Shown: positions 1 to 15,206, numbered from the stretch's first letter. The stretch is DNA of 64,000 nt from Tubiluchus corallicola (GCA_030141605.1 JAQGDQ010000506.1:95983-159982), one strand, 5' to 3'. The notes: generated from the letters alone by a model not told the origin. A program made the numbers and translations.

Positions 1-324
1 CGGCTAAGCAGACGATCGGACCCGCACCTTCATCTAAATGCAACAAATTCGTGTCGACAGTATTGCGTCGAAGTAAAAGTGCTATATTAATTAAACTTTA
101 CTTTTCCCATTTGCCTCTCATAAATCATTTTGCAGGATTGGAGATACACAGAGTTAGACGCTCAATGTCCAAAGTCCAACGAAAAGTCCAAAAAAGCGAT
201 TCACAACAGCATCAACAAGGCCAACATCACTGCTCCGAACAAGAACCACAACTGGTTTCCAAAGCAATATGACCTAACTGGTCCTGATCGACGTTGGAGT
301 GCCCATCTCTCTCCTTCACAGTGA
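1..324 (+). CDS. Possible last two coding exons of an unidentified gene entering from the left edge (1..72, 136..324)
   Basis: Open frame RLSRRSDPHLHLNATNSCRQYCVE ends at GT (73). A 63-nt AT-rich intron with pyrimidine tract ends tttgcAG (135). The frame continues DWRYTELDAQCPK...SPSQ* in phase 0. No family recognised. Confidence 0.35.
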
Positions 325-540
325 AAATGACAGTTCTGATTCGGAGGGGATCACACACATGGCAAGTGATGAAGAATGGGAGACGTGATAAAATGAGAGA
401 CATGACTGTGATCATAAACTATTAACATTAATATATATTAACATATAATAACCACTATGTAAAATTGCTATATATATATATATATATATATCTATATATA
501 TATATATATATATATGGGTAATATGGCTACAGAGTAAAAA

Positions 541-710
541 TTAAAGGAAAGGGGCACCTAAAGTAGGTCTCGGAAAATTCGCCTTAAAAAATTATACTTT
601 ACAGCAATTTTATGCATATATCGTATTCGCATTAAACGGAATTTTCGTTTGTTTTCATTTTAAATCTCCCGCTATATTGTTTCGACGGCGCCATTACATG
701 ACGTCACTTA
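541..710 (+). mobile_element. Terminus of a non-autonomous DNA transposon (TTAA-flanked, Kolobok-like)
   Basis: Starts TTAAAGG. About 170 bp match the reverse complement of 58634..58811. Adjacent 900-1130 resembles 37800-38060 and 53730-53900. Confidence 0.5.
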
Positions 711-1537
711 TGCAAACATAAATGAGGGGAAGAAAAGGTAATGTTGAATTACGCCCAAAAAAAAGTTCCATGCAAATGTATATTACTAAGCGTTTCGCTT
801 ATCTGCTGCAAAGAGTGATGTAACTACAGCCAATAATTCAAAATGTTGGTGCCAATTCGTAAAAAAAAACATTTTTTGTCTTATTGACAAGATACAGTTA
901 TATAAAATATTAGTTAGTAACATGTGTGCTACGAGCCTACGAATGCTCTGATTATTTTTTCAAATTTCATGCGATGTTATCTAAACATGTATCAAACCAC
1001 CTACCATTAAAATGGCTGCGCCTAACGGTCATTGCAGGAGTTTAAATGTACATGTTTTATACAGCGTTACTGCCGATGCAAGCCCTGCATGCAAAAAGAC
1101 AGTATGTATAAAATTTCAAGACAAATTTTTAAGCTTTAGCAAGTGGAAGTTTTCTTGCGCTTTAAATAAGTTAAACGTTTTTTGACAGTCGGTGGAGCCA
1201 CCTATTCTATTCGATTCCACAAACAGAACAGGAATTCAAATTCGCCGAAATACTTTCTACTTTTAAATGTGATACATTAATGTGACATAAATATATTTCG
1301 TAACAGGTGCTGAAATAAACAAGCCTGTATTTTCATTGGCCCATTGTGTTAAACAATTTTAACGTACAGTTCGTTTCTTGATCAAGTTCGTTAGATAATA
1401 AACTTTAACAACAGTAATTAAGAAATTTTCAACGTGAACATTAATTACAGGCCTACCTATATTGCAATAATATTTATATAATATACAGCTGTATTATACA
1501 TTTTGATTATATATATATATATTTATATTTATATATA

Positions 1538-2110
1538 CTAGCAAAAGCCCCGCAAAAATTTTGCGTTTAAATACACGTATATAGAAAAATATGCGAACAT
1601 CCTACGTAGTGTTTGTCTACTTATCTAACGCAAAGCCAGTAGCAGCTCTTACTGAATTAAGGCTATAAGGTTATAGGCAGAGTATAATGGATGACGTCAG
1701 AACAATGGCTTTGCGTCAGCAGCTTTCTAAGCAAAACTTGCCGAAAATAGAACATCTAATTAACTCCTCGTACTCCTCTTGCTGGACCTGTCCTAAAATA
1801 TAGCCCACATCATCGTGTAGCCCTTTTCATACTCTTTCTAAAGAGCTAATATCTCCTTCCTAAAGTCACACTAAGCTCTGCTACAACGTTTTTACTGTTG
1901 GCTGTTTGGTCAAAATTTTGAAAAAATCGTGAGTTGTGTCCGGGAAAACGCCCGTTACGGGACGCCGTGGCCCTCTCGCAATTTCTAAATACCCCTATGG
2001 CACCCACCGCTGAATGGGCTATCTATCCATGGCCAGCACCACCCATGGCCCGTTCCCCTTTCTCCATATCTCAGACGTATAACTTTTGAAAAAACGGCCG
2101 AAAAATTTGA
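1538..2110 (-). mobile_element. Non-autonomous Helitron-like element (3' end at 1538)
   Basis: The minus strand ends with hairpin cgcaaaaatttttgcg, then ggcttttgCTAG|T. The first ~120 bp are shared with 6597-6730. The far boundary is approximate. Confidence 0.55.
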
Positions 2111-2736
2111 ATTACTGAGCTCAGACTAGATTTCATCTATTGATCTAAATTTTTAGATTATGCACAGTTTATGCTTTTAGCAAAGCTACATCCACAAGCC
2201 GCACGTTACATTATCAAAGATTTTTATTTAACTAACCAAGTTTCTAGATCAAGACAGATACATAATCTATAAAGCAGTTGATTTTTTAATGGGTCAGAAA
2301 TTATTTAACAGTCACAAATAAGTGTGATTACATATACATATCATATCATTGTGATCATACTGTCCCACATGCTTAATTGAAATTTGTAGCCATTTATAGT
2401 CATGACGTTTCTTAATACCTGTGACACTTTATGTCAACAAAGAACAAATTTTAAGAAATGGCATGGCTACAAATAGCTTCCCTCCTAGAAACAATAGCAA
2501 CGTTTGTACAAAGATTAACTTGTCTATGTGAATCTTAAAAACTTTGTAATATCAGCGTAAGATGCAAATAAAGACACGAAATGAAAGATTGAGAGTTGAT
2601 TGAGAAATTGAGAGTTGATTGAATGACTTCTCTGTTGATTTTACGTTGTCATTATAGGTTTCTTGCTTTTTTATTATCTATAGGTTTATCCTGCACTTGG
2701 GCGCTTAGCACGTCACGATTCTCAGCTGGGAACAGG

Positions 2737-3400
2737 ATGGATCTAAAAACGCTTCGTTCTAAAAGAGCAGGCATGACTGAAGAATCTAGATTAAATGGAC
2801 AACTTCTTCGAGCAGCTAAAGATGGAGACATTCATAAAGTCCAGCGGTTGCTCACTGAAGGTGCTGACTGCAACTTCAGAAACCTGCTTGGAGAGACTGC
2901 TCTCACGCGGGCATTTGAACATAGTTCAGCTCTTACTAGACAGTGGAGCTGATATTAACATCAGTGACAATAACGGAGAGACTGCTCTTATGTGGGCATC
3001 TATTAATGGGCACTTGATTGTAGTTCAGCTTTTACTAGATAGTGGAGCTGATATTAACATCAGTGACAACGATGGAGAGACTGCTCTTATGCGGGCATCT
3101 ATTGACGGGCACTTGAATGTAGTTCAGCTCTTACTAGACAGTGGAGCTGATATTAACGTCAGTAACAACTATGGAGAGACTGCTCTCATGTGTGCATCTG
3201 TTAATGGGCACTTGTCAATATCAGCTCCACTATCTAGTAAGAGCTGAACTACATTCATCAGTAACAACGATGGACGGACAGCTTCCATGTGTGCATCTGT
3301 TAATGGGCACTTGAATGTAGTTCAGATAGTGGAGTCAATATTAACATCAGTGACATCGATGGAGAGACTGCTCTCATGTGTGCATCTGTTAATGGGCATG
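2737..3400 (+). pseudogene. Ankyrin-repeat gene, frameshifted and decayed
   Basis: 99-bp repeats encode GETALMxASxxGHLxVVQLLLDSGADINxxDN. A frameshift near 2910 splits the ORFs 2623-2952 and 2795-3247. Further indels and a stop occur after 3215. Confidence 0.8.
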
Positions 3401-3640
3401 CATTTTTCAATGTAAACCCAATGTCATATTGTGAATTTGTAAATAATTCTTTGGCTGTTTTTGGACAGTAATGATTATGTTAGGCGATAATAAGTGTGTA
3501 GTGAGAATTTGTAAATAATTCTTCACTTATTTTTAGACAGTAATCATCATGTTATATGATCAAAAGTCTTTTTTGTAGTGATCTATGGACTGAACTAAAG
3601 TATTATGTTCGACTATCTCTTAATCAGTCAATAAACATTT

Positions 3641-3684
<44 letters not shown>

Positions 3685-3877
3685 TTTGTCGAAAATAAAT
3701 AGCATTTCGCCCTGTATGGAAACTTAATTATATTTTACAAGTCAAAAATCATTTGAAAGTTTAAAATAACTTTTATTTTATGTCAAATAATTATGGAAAA
3801 CAAACAACTAACAAAAACATTAAAAAACGTCAACAGTTTGTAAAAAAAATTCAGAGGAAAAATACATCTCACAGAAA

Positions 3878-4294
3878 ATTATAGTCTCAGTCAATACTGA
3901 TATTATAGTCTTAGTCAATACTATTATTATAGTCTTAGTCAATACAACTATTATAGTCTTAGTCAATAGTATTATTATGGTCTTAGACAATACAATTATT
4001 ATAGTCTTAGTCAATACTATTATTATAGTCTTAGTCAATACTATTATTATAGTCTTAGTTAATACTATTATTATAGTCTTAGTCAATACTATTATTATAG
4101 TCTTAGTCAATAGTATTATTATGGTCTTAGTCAATACAATTATTATAGTCTTAGTCAATACTATTATTATAGTCTTAGTCAATACTATTATTATAGTCTT
4201 AGTCAATACTATTATTATAGTCTTAGTCAATACTATTATTATAGTCTTAGTCAATACTACTATTATAGCCATAGTCAATACTATTATTATAGTC
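3878..4294. repeat. 24-bp minisatellite (ATAGTCTTAGTCAATACTATTATT), ~17 copies
   Basis: Visible tandem unit. It lies just past the LRR gene stop and explains the spurious VLTKTIII ORFs. Confidence 0.95.
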
Positions 4295-4323
4295 AGTCAG
4301 GTTACAAGTAAATATTTTCTTTG

Positions 4324-5417
4324 TTACACTGAACTGCTGGCTTTACTAGATCTAGAAGATCCAGAAACTTCTGAACTCCACGTCATTGAAGTTGCAACTT
4401 GCGCCGGTCTCTCATTTCTCTCCCTCATTTTACTGACCAATAAAGTGGCCCCCAAAATCAACAATATCAAACCAGTGCCGACGCCGACGGAGACGATGAC
4501 CATACTGGTCGACACGTTGATACTCGCCGTAGCAGCAAATTCAACAGCTTCAATGGCTATGCTTGCTGTAGCGCTGACTCTTCCTAGAATGAATGCTGAC
4601 TTCGTAGTTGTTGTTGTTGTTGTTATTGATGGCGGCGTTGGAGGGTGGGCGCAGCGGAAATCTTTGAACTGGGCATTTGCAATGAATGTGGAACCACAGT
4701 CAACTAAACTGTCCTTGTTTGTCCAAGTTTTAACCCACACAGAATCGCAGTCACAACTCAGTCTGGGATTTGCTGAAAATTAAGGAAAATGTTAAAGACA
4801 AAACGCTGCATCTGTTCAGGACCTAAATTGGGTATTTGGAAATTTAAGTGATGAAAATAATGATGGAAAATGGTAAAATTTGCATTGTGAAAATTATGTG
4901 ATTTTGATTCTCTCTCCCATCGATGCATGTAGAAAAATAACAAAAACAGCTGTAAAATTATTTATCATCAGTGTATGATATTTCATCATTCATTTGTTAT
5001 TTGGTTTTGTTGTGCTACCGATTTTTTATTTTTATTTAGTTTTTTAATGAAAATTTTAGCTAAAATTGTAAAATTATAGCATCCATGATTGGCAGAATCC
5101 AGCATATTTGATGAATCTGCGCTAGAATTGTATATTGTTTGTTTTTGTTTTGTTTTGTTTTGCTTTGCAGATTTCATCATTTTTTTTATTTTTGATTATT
5201 AAATTTGTGCACGTTTTTGATTTGATAATTTTCTTTAGATTCACTGCATATGTAATGTAATATTATACACAAATTTGTGAATAATATTACACTATAATAA
5301 TACACTAAACTCAACAAACTTCACTGACGGTGAGGGTGGCTGATTTAAATTAGCCTATTTAGTTTTTCGCCATCCTTCCCTTGAATTGTATTTTTAATCT
5401 AGTAACAACTAAAAATA

Positions 5418-5460
<43 letters not shown>

Positions 5461-7506
5461 AAATATAAATACACAAACGGCAAAATAAAATAAGTCCGAA
5501 TCTGAATCTGACTGTGGAAGCAACTGAATCCTGGGCCCAGTTTCACATAGCCGTCTCCAACTCAACGACGTAGTTATTAATAGTTAAGTGAATGTAATAA
5601 CGACGTCATTAACCTAGTGACAACTTTGTGAAACTGTCCCCTTGTTTCTGGATTAACTTCTAAAAGATTCATTGAACTAAATCGGCACTAGCTAAAGCAT
5701 GGACGCTGGACGAACTACTGAAGGATCACTTGAACTTCGTTAGAATTAACTGAATCCTGGCCTCTGGACGAACTTCTGAATGATAAGTTGAACTTAGTTA
5801 GAATTAACTGAATCCTGGGCTCTGGGCCAACTTCTGAATGATAAGTTGAACTTCGTTAGAATTAACTGAATCCTGGACGCTGGACGAACTTCTGAATGAT
5901 AAGTTGAACTTAGTTAGAATTAACTGAATCCTGGGCTCTGGACCAACTTCTGAAGGATAAGTTCAACTTAGTTAGAATTACCTGAATCCTGGGCTCTGGG
6001 CAAGCTTCTGGTGGATAAATTGAACTCAAACGGAATTAGTTGTTTCCTGGCCTTTTATCCGACTTCTGAAGGATCAGTTGAACTGAGACGGAATTAATTG
6101 TTTCCTGGACTTTTATCCGACTTCTGAAGGGTCAGTTAAGCTCAATTGGAACTACATGAAGCCTGGCGTGTGAACCAACTTCTCGTGGATAAGTTGAACT
6201 CATTTGGAACAATGCGCTATGTGGTTGTGCTTGCACCACAGTCAAGAATGCAAGCGTTTTACTATGGGAAAGAACTGATGTGAAGAATCGTGTAATGCAA
6301 TGGTCTCCTGCCTGCCTTGGACCCCCCCCCCCGGTTACCAAGTACTTACTGTCATACAATTTACACCACAATCCAAGCTTGAAATTGAAGTGGTGCATCT
6401 CGCAACGCTTATGTGAAAATCACGCAAGAACTGGCTTTTTTAATGTCTTTCAAATGCACAAACTGGAGATGCTAACTTCATCAAATAGAACAAAACAGTG
6501 CCATGCTGTAGTTGGAGAAACTTGCATATCAGTTTCCAATTACTTAATTAAATTAATTAGTTCCTTGAGTACTATTATAGAACTATAATATTCAAACTAG
6601 CAAAAGCCCCGCAAAAAATTTTGCGTGTAAATCCTCGTATAATCAAAAATACGCGAACATACTACCTAGTGTTCGCTTATTTACCTAACGCAAAGCCAGC
6701 AGCTGCTGCAGCTTTTACTGAATTACACTAAATCGAGGCCTTTCGTTTGATGTATAGATCACCGCAAATGGTGCCGTCGTCGAAGTTGTAGCCTCGAATC
6801 TTATATATATATATAATCTTATATATATATATATATATAATCTTATATATATATATAATCTTATATATATATATATATACCAAGAATATTAATATAATAA
6901 ATAGCACATACCATCTAATTTCACCGTAATGTCTTTAATCAGAACACTCCTGTGCAGTTTTGGAGGTTTCAGCCCTTCTATTCCACTGCTGGATATCTTC
7001 AGGAACTGAAAATTCGGGTTATTGGAAAAGTCGAACTCTGGTGCACCTATCAAGCTTGAACTTCCTCTTATGATAAGCGAAGAAAATTTAGCTTTGTGAA
7101 AAGCCTTTGGATGTATCGATGATAACTTCTCGTTCGACTCGAACACTAGCTGTTCTCTTGTTACACCACCAATAGCATTTTCTCCTAACGTTTCTATATT
7201 AGAGTAACTTATCTTTAAAGACTTGACTTCTTTTCCTTTAAAGAAATCATCAGGTAATTCTGTGTCCTTAAAGTCAAAAATATTTAGTGTTTCAATGATT
7301 CCACTTAGATTTGAAACAATATCTGCCAGACCTTGCCTAGTAGAAACAAACTTGCAATTAACGTTGCATTTGTTAGAATCATAACGCGTTGTTTCATAAT
7401 CACATGCAATTGCACGTTTGCTGACTTTTACTACGTCATCGGGACATTCTCGTGATGAACAAAGAATAAACGCTGCTAAAGCACAAACAACTGTCAACTT
7501 TTTCAT
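4324..7506 (-). CDS. Leucine-rich-repeat single-pass membrane protein, complement(join(4324..4772,6912..7506)), 347 aa
   Basis: Signal peptide MKKLTVVCALAAFILCSS, Cys-rich N-cap and LRR-like repeats (LPDDFF, LKISYSNIETLGENAI, LSSIHPKAF). A phase-1 GT-AG splice (gatg|GTATGT...ttttcAG|caaat) creates the LRRCT motif LDANPRLSCDCDSVWV. Then a Pro/Thr stalk, TM helix MVIVSVGVGTGLILLILGATLLV and a short Ser-rich tail. Confidence 0.85.
5533..5641. mobile_element. ~110-bp MITE (PIF/Harbinger-like TIRs) in the LRR gene intron
   Basis: Imperfect terminal inverted repeats GGGCCCAGTTTCACATAG ... CTTTGTGAAACTGTCCC. It interrupts the first unit of the 58-bp array. Confidence 0.6.
5645..6205. repeat. Diverged 58-bp tandem repeat, ~9 copies, intronic
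   Basis: TAGAATTAACTGAATCCTGG recurs at 5741, 5799 and 5857. The unit length is not a multiple of 3. Confidence 0.85.
6597..6880 (-). mobile_element. Non-autonomous Helitron-like element in the LRR gene intron
   Basis: Same hairpin plus CTAG 3' end as the copy at 1538. The opposite end is a repeated TCTTATATATAT tract. Confidence 0.6.
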
Positions 7507-9512
7507 CTCTGCACTAAAATCAAGAAAGCTGCATCAAAAATGCTTACAAACTTCTTGTAAACCTATTTAAAAGAACAGCAACCGTTCAAGTAATTAGATA
7601 ATTACTGCCGTCTAGAAAAACAATAGTGGATATTGTGACTATTCTCATTGTCTTTAAAGTGAGAACAATGTTTATTGAGAAGACAAAAACAGTAGGAAAG
7701 AACATATTTTGCGTTAAATGAAAGGACTTGCTGTGAAAAAAACAATGAAAAATTTCCTTTCCTCACATTCGATTTAACAACAATTGATACACTTACACAC
7801 ATCAGTCATACACTGATTTTATTTATCATGTAACTTTTTTTACGCAGCACTAGTGAATCATCATTTTTTTATATATTATATATATAGATATATATATTGT
7901 TCATAAAATATTATATATAGAGATCTTTATATATACATGTATTATTATTATACATATACATATATTGTTCATAAAATATTTAGCAAAAGTTTGATTATAT
8001 AGAATTTATATATAGATCTTAAGATTATATAAGATTATATAGAAGATAAGATCTTAAGAGATTAAAAAGATCTTTATATATACATGTAATTATATACTAT
8101 ATATATATAGTATTTATATAAATATATATATTATATATATATTTATATAATTATTGTTCATAAAATATTTAGCAAAAGTTTGATTCTATAGAATTTATAT
8201 ATAGATCTTAAGATTATATAAGATTATATAGAAGATAAGATCTTAAGAGATTATAAAGATCTTTATATATACATGTATATAATTTATATATATATTTATT
8301 ATAATACGCCAGCTTTATACGGGCGCATCCACAATATTTCTTTACTAAGTGTCGATACAAACGCGTAAATTTGTAATTTATGGTAGTCAAGAGCGGAGTT
8401 TGCATGAAATAAGTTTGCGCTAGGTGCGCGAGCGAAGACGACTTCGTGAGCATAGTTACGGAGCTTATATTAAAGATGCTGCGCTAATCAGTTGTGGAAT
8501 ACTTAAGCATGTAGTTGTAACACTAACAGAATCAGCCAACGAACTTACCAAAAATTATAATTAAGATGCTGTTGCATCATTAGGGTGTTGGGTGCGTGTA
8601 AGTTGTAATTTCAAGTACAGAAAATCCTGATAATGTAACAATGACAGCAGCTCATGCTAACGCATCAAACGCTACGTGTAAGTTGTAATTTCAAGTACAG
8701 AAAATGGCTGATAATTTAACAATGACAGCAGCTCATGCTAACGTCTCAAACGCTACGTGTAAGTTGTAATTTCAAGTACAGAAAATGGCTGATAATTTAA
8801 CAATGACAGCAGCTCATGCTAACGCATCAAACGCTACGTGTAAGTTGTAATTTCAAGTACAGAAAATGGCTGATAATTTAACAATGACAGCAGCTCATGC
8901 TAACGCATCAAACGCTACGTGTAAGTTGTAATTTCAAGTACAGAAAATGGCTGATAATTTAACAATGACAGCAGCTCATGCTAACGCGTCAAACGCTACG
9001 TGTAAGTTGTAATTTCAAGTACAGAAAATGGCTGATAATTTAACAATGACAGCAGCTCATGCTAACGCATCAAACGCTACGTGTAAGTTGTAATTTCAAG
9101 TACAGAAAATGGCTGATAATTTAACAATGACAGCAGCTCATGCTAACTCATCAAACGCTACGTGTAAGTTGTAATTTCAAGTACAGAAAATGGCTGATAA
9201 TTTAACAATGACAGCAGCTCATGCTAACGTGTCAAACGCTACGTGTAAGTTGTAATTTCAAGTACAGAAAATGGCTGATAATGTAACAGTGTCAGCAGCT
9301 CATGCTAACGCATCAAACGTTACGTGTAAGTTGTAATTTCAAGTACAGAAAATGGCTGATGATGTAACAATGACAGCAGCTCATGCTAACGCATCAAATG
9401 CTACTTGTAAGTTGTAATTTCAAGAACAGAAAATGGCTGATAATTTAACAATGACAGCAGCTCATGCTAACGTATCAAACGCTACGTGTAAGTTGTAATT
9501 TCAAGTACAGAA

Positions 9513-10888
<1,376 letters not shown>

Positions 10889-11040
10889 TGATCTGCATGT
10901 ACAAGAGAGGAAATCTTTGCATGTGACAGCTGGCATTGGTTGCTACATACATGTTTCATCTGTAATTCTAAATAAACTAGCCCTTCGAATACGTAAATAA
11001 CCATGGCAGGAGAAATAACAACGTATGCTGAAATGACGGG

Positions 11041-11152
11041 GCGGTGTAGATGTGGCACAGGTAAAAATGGCACAGGAAAAATGGCACAAATGAAAAGTAG
11101 GTAAAAGTGGCACAAATGGAGAAGTGGGGAAAAATGGCACATACCACAAAAA
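11041..11152. mobile_element. Fragment of the foldback/MULE-like family seen at 49360-50204
   Basis: Repeated AAAAATGGCACA and AAAAGTAGGTAAAA subunits are reverse-complementary to the right arm of that element. Confidence 0.6.
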
Positions 11153-11670
11153 TGGTATGTTGATGCAATTGATATATATATACATATATATAGATAGTTA
11201 TGAATATCGATTTTTTATGGCAAATAAAGATTATAAAAGCATAAAAGAACATCGCAGCATGAGAATAAAATTCACACAACTGTTAAAGGCAAATGCGTCT
11301 AGTGCAAACTAAAAACTACTGTGCCAAAAATTTAAAACAAAATATACATTATAATGTTACACGCAAATTATAATTGATTATATACAACATATACATACCA
11401 ATTTAAAATGGACGTGGGAAAATAAAATTTGCGGATGAATATATATTATTGTTTACGTGTGTAGGGTTTTCAAAACGATTTAATGTGTGTATTTTTAATT
11501 TAGATTTGAATTCGTCGAAAAATTTGATGGCAGGGTATTCCAAAGTTGAACTCCTTGTTTAGTGAAGATTTCTATAAGACTAGAATGCGCTCAGTAGGAA
11601 GCAGGTCTCTGCCAAAATCAGACAATCGTAGTCTTATTCGTCTGATTCATTTGATTCAAAAAATTCAACA

Positions 11671-12320
11671 CATTATTATTATTATTATAATTCTTTATTT
11701 AACATTTAAAATTGTACACATATGCAAATATTTACATAAAATACATACAGGGACCCACTATTTGCAGGGTATGGTTAAAAAAACTTTGTAAATAAAATAG
11801 CTGTTATATTCGCAAGACTTTTAAATACCAATAAATCAATATACCAATAAAAGAACAACTAAAATCAAATAGTACCAATTTACACAAATTTACACAAAAC
11901 GACCTGTTAAATATAAAAGTGACAGATATAATATAAAAGTTCAATATTTTATACTAAAGTTTGTAAAAACGAATCACAAACTAACTCAGAGAAAGCAACT
12001 AGCAGGTTTTTGTCTCGAGAGGTATAAATTTTACTAATGTTTTGAAATTGCAGGCTATTTGCGACCACTAATCTTTTATTTTCGTCGACCAAAGTACAAT
12101 TAAAAAGCAAATGTTCAACTGTTTGTACTTCATCTGTACACATACAGGCATTTTCGTGTATGTATCCAATTTTAAAAAGAAAATCTTTAAAGTTACCTTG
12201 CCCTAATAAAATACTACAAGATAGTTTTTCTAGCCTTCTGCTATTTGTATGAAAAGGAAGGTCTAGTGGAGTTAAAAATACATTTTCAGGAAGAATAGAT
12301 AACTCCTGGCATTTGTAGCG
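11671..12320 (-). mobile_element. 5'-truncated non-LTR retrotransposon (ORF2 C-terminal CCHC knuckle plus 3' UTR)
   Basis: Minus frame LLGQGNFKDFLFKIGYIHENACMCTDEVQTVEHLLFNC matches the I/R1-group-type zinc knuckle. It ends with AATAAA and a (TAA)n tail near 11672-11700. Confidence 0.7.
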
Positions 12321-13101
12321 AGTACGGCATCTATTTTAACACAAATAATTTAACACAAATATAAACAAACAAACATACAAAAATGCACATGAATAAGTAC
12401 TATATAAAAAGACTCACAAAATATTAGTTCATTAATTAGATTTATAAAGGACAATGCACGAACGTTCCACATGGTGTTTATCTACCTTTTCACCAATAAT
12501 TTTGGCGATATACACTGTTACGTTATACACTGTTGTGCCATTTTTACCTACATTTTGAGTTGACATATCTGTAACATTTACGCAGACGTGCTTGACAAGC
12601 AAAGGGAAGATGCCTGCCATTGCACAAACTGTGGTTAGTTTGTGACGTAAGCAATAGCTGTGTTCGGTTAATTTTCTAAGCTAATTATTCAAATATAAGG
12701 AACAGTTGTTAACTTTTATAGGCAAGAAAATGTATATTTTGGACAGTAAATTAAAATGAGATTAAATCTAAACAGTCTTACGGTTTTCCTCTGTACATGT
12801 TTGTGCACAACAGCTGTGATTACATTTCAAAAATAGCATCTTAGATCAAGTGATTAACAGATCTTCTGACTCAGTCTGTTAACTTGGTTTCTGTTGAATT
12901 CATTTCTTGGGCATTCTCCAATGATAAATGATACAGTTCAGGTTACTTAGTGTCTCAACCATATTAATATATTGTAATTTTTCTGCGTTTATATATTTAC
13001 TATTGTAATTTGCGTGTGATTTAGTGTCGTTATAGTTTGTTCGGTAAAATTTAAATAAATATTATGTTTGAAGTAAAATGTGTATGTATATATATATATA
13101 T

Positions 13102-14283
13102 TGTGACGACCACTGGCACCATTTTTGACTCTCTATGGTGTATTGTATAAAAGAATAAATAGTTTTGTCAGGAATGCGAAATAGGGGTTGTCTTTTACTT
13201 TATCCGAGCACGCCAGAGTTCATCACATGTGGATAAAAACAATTTTTAATACTAATTTTTTAAGGCAAGGGGTTTTTATCCAGACTTTTTTTACCGAGGG
13301 TCCTAGTAGTTTGATTAAAACTGATGCTATTTTAGGCCATTATAATTTGTACTTAGAAATGACGAGGACGAACAGGAGGACAAACAAACGTTATTGCTTT
13401 TTTTTATAAAAAAACGTGTAAAAATTATTTAGTGGTAATTTCAAAAATAATATTTCTACAAATCACTTACATACATACATATAACGAAAGAATTCAGTAA
13501 ACCCCATCCCAGGTATAATAGGAAGAGAGGAGAGGATAATTACCGAAGAGTTCCATTGTCGCTGCAGCTGTACCAATGGGCTAGCCTCAGGTCGTGATAC
13601 CGTGGGTCCAGTTATCCAGGATCACATCTCAAGAATCAAGAAACCACACTGCTGGGGCTCACGCATTGCAGACTCCACCACCAGAGTGTTAGAAACAAGG
13701 ATCCAGGGTCTCGAAACGTCTCCGTTTACTCCTATACTGTAGGAGTCAGCAAATGACGGAGGAAAGGAGAAAAGTTCCTCGTTCCCCGTCTTCAACTAGG
13801 CAACCTCCTTAGGCAGTTCCAAACTCCACCCAACAACCGTCATGATCTACGTGGCCAGATTACGAACACGACGAAGTTTCCTGCATACTAGTAACACTGC
13901 CTAGGAACCGTCTGGTTTCCTCTCAGAGAAATTTGATTACACTGAGAACACCAAAACTAGCGAACTCACTATGAGATCTCAAAAGTTATGAGATCTCAAA
14001 CTTGCTGCCACAAAACGTGTGCTTCCAACGCAGCTTAAAAACCCGTAATGGCGGCAATAAGGAAAAATCACGGTTCAATGCTTTTCCAGGAGCGCGAAAA
14101 TTATCCTGTAACCATTCAAGACATGTGACAGGAAGATCGCCATCAAACAGGGAAAAGGGGAGAGGTATTAAAGGATGGGCAGAAAACCAACCCAAACATA
14201 AAACAGAAATGAATATTTTATTTGGAGTACAAAATGAACTTTAGCATAATTTTAATACGGACGAGGACGTCTGTGACGTCACA
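13102..14283 (-). repeat. 3' LTR (1182 bp)
   Basis: TG...CA termini; near-identical to 20770..21950; abuts the polypurine tract. Confidence 0.95.
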
Positions 14284-14300
14284 GAAGCCCTCCCCCAAGA
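14284..14300 (-). promoter_or_regulatory. Polypurine tract of the Gypsy element
   Basis: Minus strand TTGGGGGAGGGCTTC immediately before the 3' LTR. Confidence 0.8.
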
Positions 14301-15206
14301 GTGTGGTAACACTCTTAACCAATGGACGTATTAAAAGTATCTGGAGTGCATTTTGGTACAACATACATACATCATGGACACAATGCCACAGATCCTAACT
14401 ACTATATTGGAACAGGGGTCACAAATCTCTATTACTATTAAAAGTATATACAATAGCACACACAAAAAGAAACAAAAAAAATTGCAACTGACAGGTCATT
14501 GAACCAATATGAAAAGAATTGGTAATGGTAATGTCAATCATTGCATTACAAAATTACAATATAACTCAAAAGAACGTCACCAAAGTTAAGTACTTGCACA
14601 AACACAGTTCACAAAATTCTCCTGAGAGAAGCCGAAAGAAGATACCCTAAAATGGTTATATGAATCACATTAAAGGTTAAATGTACATGGTACTAAAAAT
14701 ACACTGCTAGCAGATTTTAACAGTGTGAGTGCTCAATGATCACACTGGGCTTCAACTCAAACATGGATATGTCCTCAAAGCAGGAAATCCTAGCTATGAT
14801 TAACAATAACAATGTCGTCTCACAAACAACAAGAATTGTAACCAAACATCGCTCAACGTCCTTCCATATGAATACAAGAAAGGGTGACTACGATAAGAGC
14901 AAATTGTGAAGAGTAATTTGTATTTGGTAACAATAAAGTAAGAGAAAAACTCTCACCTACCTAATGACTACACAGTAATACAAATAATTTTCATATTCGT
15001 CAGTGCAGCTAGAATTAGCAACAATAAACATCAACAAAAGCATCTATATACATCACTACTACAAGAATTCAATTACATCAATATATAAATCGTGAAAATG
15101 TCAAGTGACTCAATGTGCGCCAAAAATCAATGTTTAACGCTAAAAGCAAGACTATCAGATATTATGCGATCTAGGAAAGGAAAAAAAAACGTTCTCCATT
15201 TTCGAA

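Noticed and set aside
5645-6205. Extra LRR-coding exon within the LRR gene intron
   Set aside because: The repeat unit is 58 bp (not in frame), and exons 1 and 2 already join in phase to make the LRRCT.
8598-8620. 23-nt GTAAGT...TACAG micro-intron in each 81-bp unit producing an extended GPCR N-terminus
   Set aside because: Too short for typical animal introns. The 58-nt exons shift frame, and the final junction would create TAA immediately before the GPCR ATG.
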